DNA of 32,000 nucleotides from Candidatus Electronema aureum (GTDB lineage Bacteria > Desulfobacterota > Desulfobulbia > Desulfobulbales > Desulfobulbaceae). This document shows positions 16,308 through 23,671 of this stretch, piece by piece. Position 1 is the stretch's first letter, and each line of letters starts with the position of its first letter. The stretch spans positions 1-32,000 of the forward strand of contig NQJD01000025.1 in NCBI GenBank assembly GCA_004284765.1, read 5' to 3'. A program made the translations under genes and the position numbers. The notes under the pieces were generated by a model, which was not told the DNA's origin, searched no databases, and saw only the letters and a list, made by a program, of their open reading frames with translations.

Positions 16308-16310
16308 AAA

Positions 16311-16688
16311 ATGAAGGAAGAAAGCATGGTAAAATTACGGATAACTCTCCACGATAGTGAGGCTGATGACGAGCAGCTTGACCGACTGGCTCTGTCGCTG
16401 ATACGGCAGCTTCGGGATTTGGAGGCGATTGAATCTTTGGAGAGGGAGGCAGGAAAAGCGATAGACAGGAGCAAAGGCGACCCGATCACGGTGGGCGGCG
16501 TGATTCTTGGCATTGCAGTGGCGGCCATTCCGAATCTGATCAGCTTGCTTCAACAGTGGACAGTCGGCAACCGCACCATTAAAGTTGAAGCTCCGAACGG
16601 AGCGAAGGCGGAATTCACCCCAGATCACCGGTATTCCAAAGAGGAAATTGCCGAATTGGTGCGGTCGCTCAATCGAGTCAAGCAATAA
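16311..16688 (+). CDS. EACC1-like protein (effector-associated constant component), partner of the downstream caspase-STAND gene
   Basis: The 125-aa product has three parts. The N-terminus is KLRITLHDSEADDEQLDRLALSLIRQLRDLEAIESLE. A central hydrophobic G/A/I-rich segment, ITVGGVILGIAVAAIPNLISLL, spans 16485-16550. The C-terminus is W-x-x-x-NRTIKVEAPNGAKAEF...EEIAELV. This tripartite pattern matches my memory of EACC1-family proteins found next to protease/NTPase conflict genes. An alternative start is the ATG at 16326, preceded by aaggaag. Confidence 0.65.
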   Translation: MKEESMVKLRITLHDSEADDEQLDRLALSLIRQLRDLEAIESLEREAGKAIDRSKGDPITVGGVILGIAVAAIPNLISLLQQWTVGNRTIKVEAPNGAKAEFTPDHRYSKEEIAELVRSLNRVKQ

Positions 16689-16700
16689 CTGGAAGATGCG

Positions 16701-17450
16701 ATGGAACGCCGTTCAGCCCTGCTGATCAGCAGCAGCGAGTATCAGGATGCCAGCCTCACCCGACTTTTTGCGCCGCAAAATGACGTGCAGGCTTTGGCAG
16801 AAGTGCTGCGTGATGCCTGCATCGGCGGCTTTGAGGTGAAGGAACTACTGATCAACAAAGCCTCCTCGGTAATTCGAGAGGCTATTGCCGACTTTTTCGC
16901 CGAACAGAGGCGCGACGATCTTGCTCTGCTCTATTTCAGCGGTCACGGCCTGAAAGATGATTTGAACAGCGGTAAGCTCTATCTGACAGCCACGGATACC
17001 AGACGCGACCGGCTCCGGGCAACCGGCATCGCGGCCAGCTTTCTCTTGGAAGAGGTGGAAGAATCGAAATCCCGCCGCATCATCCTGATTCTCGATTGCT
17101 GCTTCAGCGGTGCCTTTGCGCGTGGGAGTAAGGGCGCGGATGAGGAACTTGATGCGGCTTTTAAGAACATGGGCTATGGGCGGGTTGTCCTCACCGCCAG
17201 CAATGCCGTTCAGCTCGCTTATGAAGACGAACAGGCCAAAGACGGAGCGGTTCATTCGATCTTCACAAAATTTCTGCTGGAAGGACTCCGCACCGGGGCT
17301 GCTGATTTGTCCCAGCGCGGAGAGATCAGCGTGAATGATCTTTACCAGTATGTGAACAAGCAGATCAAACAGATGGACAGTGGCAGGCGGCAGACTCCGA
17401 AAATCTGGGATTTTGATCGTGAAGGGGAGGAGCTGGTTATTGCCAAAAAT
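16701..17450 (+). other. Caspase/metacaspase-like protease domain of the STAND protein
   Basis: This covers aa 1-250. It shows the order beta-strand (SALLISSSEY) ... SGHG ... DCCFSG ... VLTAS, typical of C14 peptidases. Confidence 0.85.
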
Positions 17451-20357
17451 CCCTTTGCGCCGCCTCCCACGCCTGTCGCTGTCCAGTCGGGAAAACGTCC
17501 GCTCACCTACACACTCCGTCCGCAGGCGCATAACTTTGTTGACCGAGTTAAGCAACGCAAGGAATTGCGGAGCGATCTTCTTGATGCAACCAAGGTCTTC
17601 GTGATTGTGGACGGCTTGGCCGGAATAGGCAAAACTATGCTGGCGGCAAAAGTGGCCGAGGAATCTGAAGCTGATTTTGCGGGCATCTATTACAGCAAAT
17701 GCGCAAAAGAAACAGATGTAGATCAGCTCCTCGCAGAGCTGGCGTATTTTTTGAGCGGCTGCGGCGACCATTGTTTGAGTGGCGTGGTGGAGTATGACAT
17801 TCCAGCAGCAAATAAAATTAATTTTCTGCTGGCTGCGCTGGGTGTGCGAAAATATCTGCTGATTTTCGACGACGTGCATGAGCTGCTTAATTCGGAGCGG
17901 CAAATTAGCAATGAGGGAATTAAGCTGCTCTTCAGCGAACTGCTCAACACTCGCCATCAAGCAAAAGTTCTCCTTGTCAGTCGGGTGCGGCCCGTGCTGC
18001 CTTGGCAGCAACTTTGTCAGGTGCCGAGCAGTTTGGAGTCATTTGATGAAGAAAACGGCTTAGAATTGCTGCGGCTGCTGGGATTAGATGAGGACGAAGA
18101 ACTGCTCCGCCGAGCTTGGCAGCTCACGGGCGGCCATCCTTTGGCGATGGGTCTGCTGGCGGGCATGGCCGGAACAATGGATTTGCAGCTCATTTTGGCT
18201 GAAACCAGTCTGTTTTATGGTGGAAGTTTGGTCAACGAACTGCTCCGGCGGCAGTTCTACACCTTGCTCACTGTTGAGGAAAAGAATTTGCTGCTCAGAA
18301 TGTCTGTCCTGCCGCGCCCGGCGGAATTCGGCATTATCGCCCATCTGGAAGAACAGGGGCAGGCGGCCCGCCTGCTGCCTGCGCTGGTGGAAAAAAATTT
18401 GGTGATGTACAGCAGAAAGGAGAAGAAATATCGTCTGCACGATTTGGTGCGGGAGTTCAGTCGGGCTGAGACGACGGCTGAGGAGCAGCAGCTTTGTCAT
18501 TCGCGGCTGGCGGATTATTACGAGCGACTGGAATTCAATGCGGATAAGCCGAGCTTTGAGCAGGTGCAGCAGAGGCTTGAAGCCCAGCATCATGCCGTTC
18601 AGTCTGGTGAGAAGGCCAGAGCAGCACGGCTGCTGGTGGAAACTGCCGAGCATCTACGGAAATGGGGCTATTTGGAGCGGTGCGGAAAGCTGCTGGCCGA
18701 GACCTTGGCCGCGCTGGAGAAGCTGGAGCCGACCAAGGAGCATCTGCTGCTGCGGGTCGATCTGCTGGTGGAGCAGGGCTGGCTGGAACGTTCATCCTCC
18801 GGGTTAGACAAGGCGGTGGAGCGGTGCCGAGAGGCGGAGCGCATTCTGCAAACGGCGCAGGATGAAGGGCGGGAAGGCAAGGTCTGTCATGCCTTGGGCA
18901 AGTTTTTCTACGAAGAGGCGTTGTGGGAGGAGGCAGAACAGTATTTTGTCCGTGCGTTTGAGTTGCAGAAGGCGCGGCGGAACACAAAGGAACTCGCCAC
19001 AGTTGTTTGCAATTTATATGACTTATACTGGCGTGTTGAAGAAATAGAAAAAATAGAAAAAACAAGCAAGGAAGGAATTAGAATCTGTGAGGAAGAAAAC
19101 GATGCTGAAAACAAGGGGAAAATACTGATTGAAGTGCTTGGTAAAACTTTTGGAATACAGCGGAGATGGGAACACGCATTGGCGGTGTATAAAGAAAGTC
19201 TGCGATCAAGGCGAGATGATGATCTTCTTGGTCAAGCTTTGTCTTTACGGAAGATTGGCGAGGTGCTCCGGCAACAGAAGCAGTTTGAGGAGTCTCTGGA
19301 AAAGCATAAGGAAGGTTTTGCGTTAGCTCAAAAGGCTGGTGATATTTCGGCTCAAGCTATGGCATTGTTGGGTTGCGGCTATACATACAGAGATAATGGT
19401 GATATAAACAAAGCCATTGAGCTTTATGGTCAATGTTTTGATGTTGCTAATAAAATAGAGGGGATATCTGGCAGAGCTGATCTGTTTTATGATCTTGGAG
19501 AAGCTTATCGGGATGTCGGTAACTTGGAAAAAGCCTTACAACAGTTTAACGAAGCTCTGCGGTTAAGAAAAGAATCGGGAGATATTCTTGGGGCAGCAGA
19601 TGTATTCAACAGATTAGGTTCATTTTATTCGACAAAATATTCAAATCTCTCCACCGCATTAAAATATTACAAGGATGCACTTGAAATCAAGAAGAGCTTA
19701 GGCAGATCGTTAGGAGTAGAAACGGAAACAAACAATATCGCTTTTGTTTATAAACATCAAGGAAGGTTCGACGAGGCTCTCGCTCTGTTTAAAAAGTTGA
19801 TTTGGATCAGAATGAATAGGAGCTATGATATTGCGATCACTTATAACCATATAGGCCATATATATTACTTGAAAGGAAATATTAAAAAATCCTTTCTTTA
19901 TTTCAAAAAAAGCCTGAGAATATACAAAAAAAATAATAGAGTCGGCGGAATATCAGTTACTCTTTCGTATCTTGGCGAGGCGTATCTTGCTCTTGGAAAT
20001 TATGAAAAGGCTCTTGCAACTCTGCACGAGAGTGTGAATCTGAAAACCGTGATGTCCTCTAAAGCTATCCCGTTAACTTCCATCGCCAAGGTCTATTATC
20101 GCCAAAGAAACCTTGCTGCGGCAAAAAAGAAATGCGAGGAAAGCCTTGCCATCAGCAGGCAGTACGGCGGCAAAATCCAAGCGGGCGTAACCTTGCACCT
20201 TTTAGGGAAAATTCTGCTGGCGCAAGGCCATGCCGAGGAAGCGCGGGCGCATGTTCAGGAAGCAGTGGAGATTTTCCGGGCCGCTGGCAGCTTTCATCTC
20301 GCCGAAGCGGAAAAGACGCTGGCGGAAATAAATGAATTCCGCAGCAATATTGCTTAA
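16701..20357 (+). CDS. Caspase-like (peptidase C14) - NB-ARC/STAND P-loop NTPase - TPR repeat protein, 1218 aa
   Basis: The caspase dyad contexts are YFSGHG (His82, 16944-16946) and ILILDCCFSGAF (Cys133/134, 17097-17102). A Pro-rich linker is followed by FVDRVKQRKEL. Walker A is GLAGIGKT (17613-17636) and Walker B is LLIFDDVHE (17856-17882). A TGGHPLA-type motif (WQLTGGHPLAMGLL) is present. From about aa 640, a dozen or more TPR-like repeats of about 40 aa run to the C-terminus. The start is 12 nt after the EACC1-like ORF. Confidence 0.9.
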   Translation: MERRSALLISSSEYQDASLTRLFAPQNDVQALAEVLRDACIGGFEVKELLINKASSVIREAIADFFAEQRRDDLALLYFSGHGLKDDLNSGKLYLTATDTRRDRLRATGIAASFLLEEVEESKSRRIILILDCCFSGAFARGSKGADEELDAAFKNMGYGRVVLTASNAVQLAYEDEQAKDGAVHSIFTKFLLEGLRTGAADLSQRGEISVNDLYQYVNKQIKQMDSGRRQTPKIWDFDREGEELVIAKNPFAPPPTPVAVQSGKRPLTYTLRPQAHNFVDRVKQRKELRSDLLDATKVFVIVDGLAGIGKTMLAAKVAEESEADFAGIYYSKCAKETDVDQLLAELAYFLSGCGDHCLSGVVEYDIPAANKINFLLAALGVRKYLLIFDDVHELLNSERQISNEGIKLLFSELLNTRHQAKVLLVSRVRPVLPWQQLCQVPSSLESFDEENGLELLRLLGLDEDEELLRRAWQLTGGHPLAMGLLAGMAGTMDLQLILAETSLFYGGSLVNELLRRQFYTLLTVEEKNLLLRMSVLPRPAEFGIIAHLEEQGQAARLLPALVEKNLVMYSRKEKKYRLHDLVREFSRAETTAEEQQLCHSRLADYYERLEFNADKPSFEQVQQRLEAQHHAVQSGEKARAARLLVETAEHLRKWGYLERCGKLLAETLAALEKLEPTKEHLLLRVDLLVEQGWLERSSSGLDKAVERCREAERILQTAQDEGREGKVCHALGKFFYEEALWEEAEQYFVRAFELQKARRNTKELATVVCNLYDLYWRVEEIEKIEKTSKEGIRICEEENDAENKGKILIEVLGKTFGIQRRWEHALAVYKESLRSRRDDDLLGQALSLRKIGEVLRQQKQFEESLEKHKEGFALAQKAGDISAQAMALLGCGYTYRDNGDINKAIELYGQCFDVANKIEGISGRADLFYDLGEAYRDVGNLEKALQQFNEALRLRKESGDILGAADVFNRLGSFYSTKYSNLSTALKYYKDALEIKKSLGRSLGVETETNNIAFVYKHQGRFDEALALFKKLIWIRMNRSYDIAITYNHIGHIYYLKGNIKKSFLYFKKSLRIYKKNNRVGGISVTLSYLGEAYLALGNYEKALATLHESVNLKTVMSSKAIPLTSIAKVYYRQRNLAAAKKKCEESLAISRQYGGKIQAGVTLHLLGKILLAQGHAEEARAHVQEAVEIFRAAGSFHLAEAEKTLAEINEFRSNIA
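17538..18380 (+). other. NB-ARC/STAND NTPase module
   Basis: This module contains Walker A GLAGIGKT, Walker B LLIFDDV, LLVSRVR (sensor-like), GGHPLA, and a winged-helix-like segment (LLRMSVLPRPAEFGIIAHL). Confidence 0.8.
18558..20330 (+). other. TPR sensor array of the STAND protein
   Basis: A-x-x-L-x-x-L/I-G-x-x-Y...G-x-x-E/D-K/E-A-L-x-x-F/Y-x-x-A-L recurs roughly every 40 aa. Examples are GNLEKALQQFNEALRLRKESGD, GRFDEALALFKKLIWIR and GNYEKALATLHESVNL. Confidence 0.8.
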
Positions 20358-20433
20358 AATTGCATGAACCGTTTGATAATTCTTTTCGTTTCTGCAAAAT
20401 CAGCATCGAATTTTACTCGGCCATAAAGGCGTG

Positions 20434-20622
20434 TTGCCAAGCAACAGAAAGTTGCAGCTTCGCAGGAGACATGTTTTGCCGAGTAAGAATGCTTTGGTAC
20501 TCGGCAAAAGACTTTTGCGGATTAGCAAAAGAAGATTCTTACCAAGCAACAAAAAGTTTTGGCCGAGCCAGAACTCTTCGTTGTCGAGCCACAAAAGGTT
20601 CTTGCCTCGTTTGAAGGAAAAA
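20434..20622 (+). repeat. Nine contiguous degenerate 21-nt tandem repeats (consensus about ttgccgAGcaAaAaaaagttt)
   Basis: Splitting from 20434 in exact 21-nt steps gives these units:
1. ttgccaagcaacagaaagttg
2. cagcttcgcaggagacatgtt
3. ttgccgagtaagaatgctttg
4. gtactcggcaaaagacttttg
5. cggattagcaaaagaagattc
6. ttaccaagcaacaaaaagttt
7. tggccgagccagaactcttcg
8. ttgtcgagccacaaaaggttc
9. ttgcctcgtttgaaggaaaaa

A 10-bp inverted repeat is embedded: ttgccgagta (20476-20485) / tactcggcaa (20498-20507). Confidence 0.75.
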
Positions 20623-20631
20623 TAAACCCTC

Positions 20632-20685
20632 ATGCACCCTGTCCTTACTTCTATCAGCCTCATGTTCAGAGGCAAGATAGGGTAA
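20632..20685 (+). pseudogene. Collapsed in-frame remnant of the DMT/DUF486 gene (first 24 nt + last 21 nt)
   Basis: 20632-20655 (atgcaccctgtccttacttctatc) is identical to 15957-15980. After a 3-nt insertion (agc), ctcatg matches 15981-15986. ttcagaggcaagatagggtaa (20665-20685) equals 16287-16307 with one mismatch. It reads MHPVLTSISLMFRGKIG*. Confidence 0.85.
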
Positions 20686-20709
20686 CGGCGCACCGTGACC
20701 CTGATTTTC

Positions 20710-22851
20710 TCACCCCACTAATCTCCCCACTTGAAAAATCATCACTGCCAAGCTGTAGGCTAAGAGCGTGTTGAAGCCGATGGAGAAAGCCGCCCATTTC
20801 CATGAGCCACTTTCTTTGGCAATTGCTACCGCTGTGACAAAGCAAGGCGCATAGAACATGACGAACACGAGAAAAGCCAAAGCGGTCGATGGATTCCAGC
20901 GGGGGTCAGTTGCTAATCGTTCTTTGAGCGGGGCTGCATCTTCTGGGTCGGTTTCGCCAAGAGAATAAGCTGTACCCAAAGTAGAGACAATCACCTCTTT
21001 CGCCGCAAAACCACCTGTCAAGGCGATGTTAGTACGCCAATCGAAACCGGCATATTGGCTGATTGGCTCCAAAGCGATACCTATTCGTCCAGCGAGAGAA
21101 TGCTGTAGTCCGGCTTCAGCCTCTTGCCGGGCAATTTGCTGAAGTTGCTCTTCTGAGTCAGAAGCAACCGCCCGCATTGCCTCAAATTCCTGAGCCTTAT
21201 CCGCTGGCAAGCCGGGATACGTCATCATCGCCCAAAGCAAGATAGAGATGCCAAGAATCACCGTGCCCGCCTTTTTCATGTACTGCCACGTGCGCTCCCA
21301 AGTATGGGTGAGCAAGCCGCGCAAGGTGGGAAAACGATACGGTGGCAGCTCCATGACAAAGGGCGTGGATTCGCCTTTCAGCACGGTCATGCGGAGGAAT
21401 TTTGCGGCCAGCAGTGCCACTGTCCAGCTGACTAACGTAGCGGCGAACATATATGCGGCCTGATGATCAGCGAAAAAAGCAGCGATGATCAAAGTCAGCA
21501 CTGGCAGCTTGGCTCCGCAGTTCATAAAGGGCACGGTAAGCAGGGTGGCCATCCGCTCTTTGGGCGAACGCAGGGTACGGGCCGCAAACACGCCTGGTAC
21601 GGCGCAGCCACCCGCGATGCCGCCAGAGACGATAAAGGGCATAACCGAAGAGCCGTGCAGACCGAAGAAGTGAAAAATTCGGTCCATCATGAAGGCAACT
21701 CGCGCTAAGTAGCCGGAATCTTCCAGCACTGCGATACCAAAGAACATAAACATGATAATCGGCACAAAGCCAAACACACCGCCCACGCCATCGATCACCC
21801 CGGAAATGAACATTGATTTCAGCGGGCCGTTGGGCAGACTGCTTTGTGCTGCCGCGCCGAGCAATTCAAACAGATGATTTAATCCTTCAACCAGAAAGCC
21901 TGACCAAGTAAAGGTGAAGCTGTAGAGAGCAAAGAGGATAGCGGCCATGATCAGCGGCCCGGCAGCCCGATGGGTAACAATCTTGTCGATTTTATCCGAA
22001 GCGTAAAGTCGGTCTTCATCAAACGTCCTCGTTACCACACCTTGGCGAAGGATAGATTTGATAAAGCCGTAACGATGGTCAGCAATCACCGCCTCTGGGT
22101 AGGCATCGATGGTATTTTGCAAATGCTGGGTCAAGGTCTCGCTGCGACTGAGGAGGTGCCGCCCTCTTTCTGCATCTGCCCGCATTACCCGACTGATGAT
22201 CTGCTCGTCATTTTCAAGGATTTTCAGCGCGGTCCAGCGGGGCGGATACAGATCAGCCAGCAGCTGGTTTGCTTCAATCAGCGGGACAACATCACGTAAG
22301 GCTTGGTCAATGTCTGAGCCGTAGCGAAGCAAGGTCGGCGGGCGATCTACTGCTGCTTGGCTGCATACAACAACGGCTTCAAGCAGTTCCGGCACACCTC
22401 TGCCGCTGCGAGCCACAATCGGCAGCACCGGTACGCCCAGCAGCTGGCTAAGAACCTCCGTGTTGATGCTGATGCCTCGCTTCTCCGCCGCATCAACCAT
22501 GTTGAGAGCGATGACTAAGGGTACGCCCAGCTCCAAAAACTGGCAGGTCAGATAGAGGTTGCGCTCCAAATTGACCGCATCAACAATATTGACTACCACA
22601 TCCGGGCGGTCATTAACCAAGTAATCACGAGCGACTAACTCTTCGACCGAGTAGGCGGTAAGCGAGTACGTGCCGGGTAAATCAACAACTCGAATATTTT
22701 GTTCTTTATAAGTGTGAGAACCTTCTTTCTTCTCCACGGTCACGCCGGGATAATTCCCCACATGCTGGCGTGCGCCGGTGAGATGGTTGAACAAAGTGGT
22801 TTTGCCGGCATTGGGATTGCCAGCCAAGGCGATATGAATAGGATCGTTCAC
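20710..22851 (-). CDS. feoB: Ferrous iron transporter FeoB
   Basis: An N-terminal G-domain (IALAGNPNAGKTTLFN, DLPGTYSL, NMVD) is followed by the polytopic FeoB membrane domain, 713 aa in total. The start is GTG at 22851. Confidence 0.95.
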   Translation of the reverse strand: MNDPIHIALAGNPNAGKTTLFNHLTGARQHVGNYPGVTVEKKEGSHTYKEQNIRVVDLPGTYSLTAYSVEELVARDYLVNDRPDVVVNIVDAVNLERNLYLTCQFLELGVPLVIALNMVDAAEKRGISINTEVLSQLLGVPVLPIVARSGRGVPELLEAVVVCSQAAVDRPPTLLRYGSDIDQALRDVVPLIEANQLLADLYPPRWTALKILENDEQIISRVMRADAERGRHLLSRSETLTQHLQNTIDAYPEAVIADHRYGFIKSILRQGVVTRTFDEDRLYASDKIDKIVTHRAAGPLIMAAILFALYSFTFTWSGFLVEGLNHLFELLGAAAQSSLPNGPLKSMFISGVIDGVGGVFGFVPIIMFMFFGIAVLEDSGYLARVAFMMDRIFHFFGLHGSSVMPFIVSGGIAGGCAVPGVFAARTLRSPKERMATLLTVPFMNCGAKLPVLTLIIAAFFADHQAAYMFAATLVSWTVALLAAKFLRMTVLKGESTPFVMELPPYRFPTLRGLLTHTWERTWQYMKKAGTVILGISILLWAMMTYPGLPADKAQEFEAMRAVASDSEEQLQQIARQEAEAGLQHSLAGRIGIALEPISQYAGFDWRTNIALTGGFAAKEVIVSTLGTAYSLGETDPEDAAPLKERLATDPRWNPSTALAFLVFVMFYAPCFVTAVAIAKESGSWKWAAFSIGFNTLLAYSLAVMIFQVGRLVG

Positions 22852-22932
22852 CGAGATTCTCTGCGGTTGGAGTTGAAAGCTGACAAGAAAGGCAGGCAGG
22901 CTTCTGCTGCGCGATAAGACGCAGGAAAGGAA

Positions 22933-23115
22933 TCAGTCTTGGTCGTCGTCCGCTGCTGTGGGAACAGGCTGTTCAGATGGGGTGCAACCTGCTCCATTAC
23001 AGCCCGAACAGCCGCCGCAGGAGCAGGAGGAGCCAGAGCGGAAAGCTCGAAACAGCCTGAGACCAAGAAGAATCAGCACGGCAAGGACAATGAGGCCAAC
23101 TATAATATGCTGCAT
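22933..23115 (-). CDS. FeoB-associated Cys-rich membrane peptide
   Basis: The 60-aa product has one N-terminal TM helix (IIVGLIVLAVLILLGL) and then a Cys cluster, SSCSCGGCSGCNGAGC. This is the pattern of the small Cys-rich proteins encoded next to feoB. Confidence 0.7.
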   Translation of the reverse strand: MQHIIVGLIVLAVLILLGLRLFRAFRSGSSCSCGGCSGCNGAGCTPSEQPVPTAADDDQD

Positions 23116-23117
23116 GA

Positions 23118-23414
23118 TCAGGCTGGTTCAACAAAAATGCTTGCAGCGGTCAGTTCATCCAAGCTGAGGGTACCGCCGTTGACTTTCACCATACACTGTC
23201 GCCGCCGCCGTCCCTGTCCGGGACAAAGCAGCTCGATCACCGAGCCAGGCAGCACGCCCAAGCTGGCCATTCTGCCGCAGACCACCCGGTCGCCGCTGAT
23301 CCGGCAGACTCTGACCGTGCTGCACGTGCAGCATTCAGAAAGCGGACGCGCTGCTCCGCCTTCCACGCTGGGCTGCATACAACCCTTTCTTTTGCCGAAC
23401 AGACAATGGAACAT
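23118..23414 (-). CDS. feoA: FeoA-domain protein with Cys-rich N-terminal extension
   Basis: An SH3-like FeoA pattern is present: VRVCRISGDRVVCGRMASLGVLPGSVIELL...MVKVNGGTLSLDELTAASIFVE. It is first in the feoA / Cys-rich / feoB operon. The start is uncertain (M1 at 23414 or M13 at 23378). Confidence 0.8.
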   Translation of the reverse strand: MFHCLFGKRKGCMQPSVEGGAARPLSECCTCSTVRVCRISGDRVVCGRMASLGVLPGSVIELLCPGQGRRRRQCMVKVNGGTLSLDELTAASIFVEPA

Positions 23415-23477
23415 ACGTTCTTTTCCCGTCTTGCTGGATGAATTTCCTTGTAAGGCCTATGAAATTCCGGCTCAGTG

Positions 23478-23509
23478 TAAATAATAAATATTGTCAACAG
23501 GCTTGACAA
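23478..23509. promoter_or_regulatory. AT-rich Fur-box-like sequence and 7-bp palindrome in the feoA / GGDEF divergent region
   Basis: On the minus strand, gacaatatttattatttac matches about 12 of 19 positions of the GATAATGATAATCATTATC Fur consensus, by hand alignment. The adjacent palindrome is ttgtcaa-caggc-ttgacaa (23491-23509). The site lies about 65-95 nt upstream of feoA. Confidence 0.3.
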
Positions 23510-23671
23510 GGATTTTCTTCCATCCCGGCTGGCCCTCCTGCGCACTGTCTGACAATTCAGCTTGTTTTTAGAAAACAGACATGATATTTTTTATCTTTCT
23601 TATCCTGAAACTACGCACAGTCATGAGCTGTCCGGCTGCAACATTGTGTTTTCTGTCTGAAGACTGCTCAG

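Noticed and set aside
16845-18011. A 388-aa antisense ORF, plus 18084..18653 and 18535..19065 on the minus strand, inside the caspase-STAND gene
   Set aside because: These are shadow ORFs in a GC-rich coding region. Their translations are low-complexity (R/P/A/S-rich) and carry no motifs. The sense strand carries unambiguous caspase, Walker A/B and TPR signatures.
20434-20622. Possibility that the 21-nt repeats (or the 23-nt repeats at 26761-26867) form a CRISPR array
   Set aside because: The repeats are contiguous and degenerate, with no unique spacers between them. The units are shorter than CRISPR repeats, and there are no cas genes in the window.
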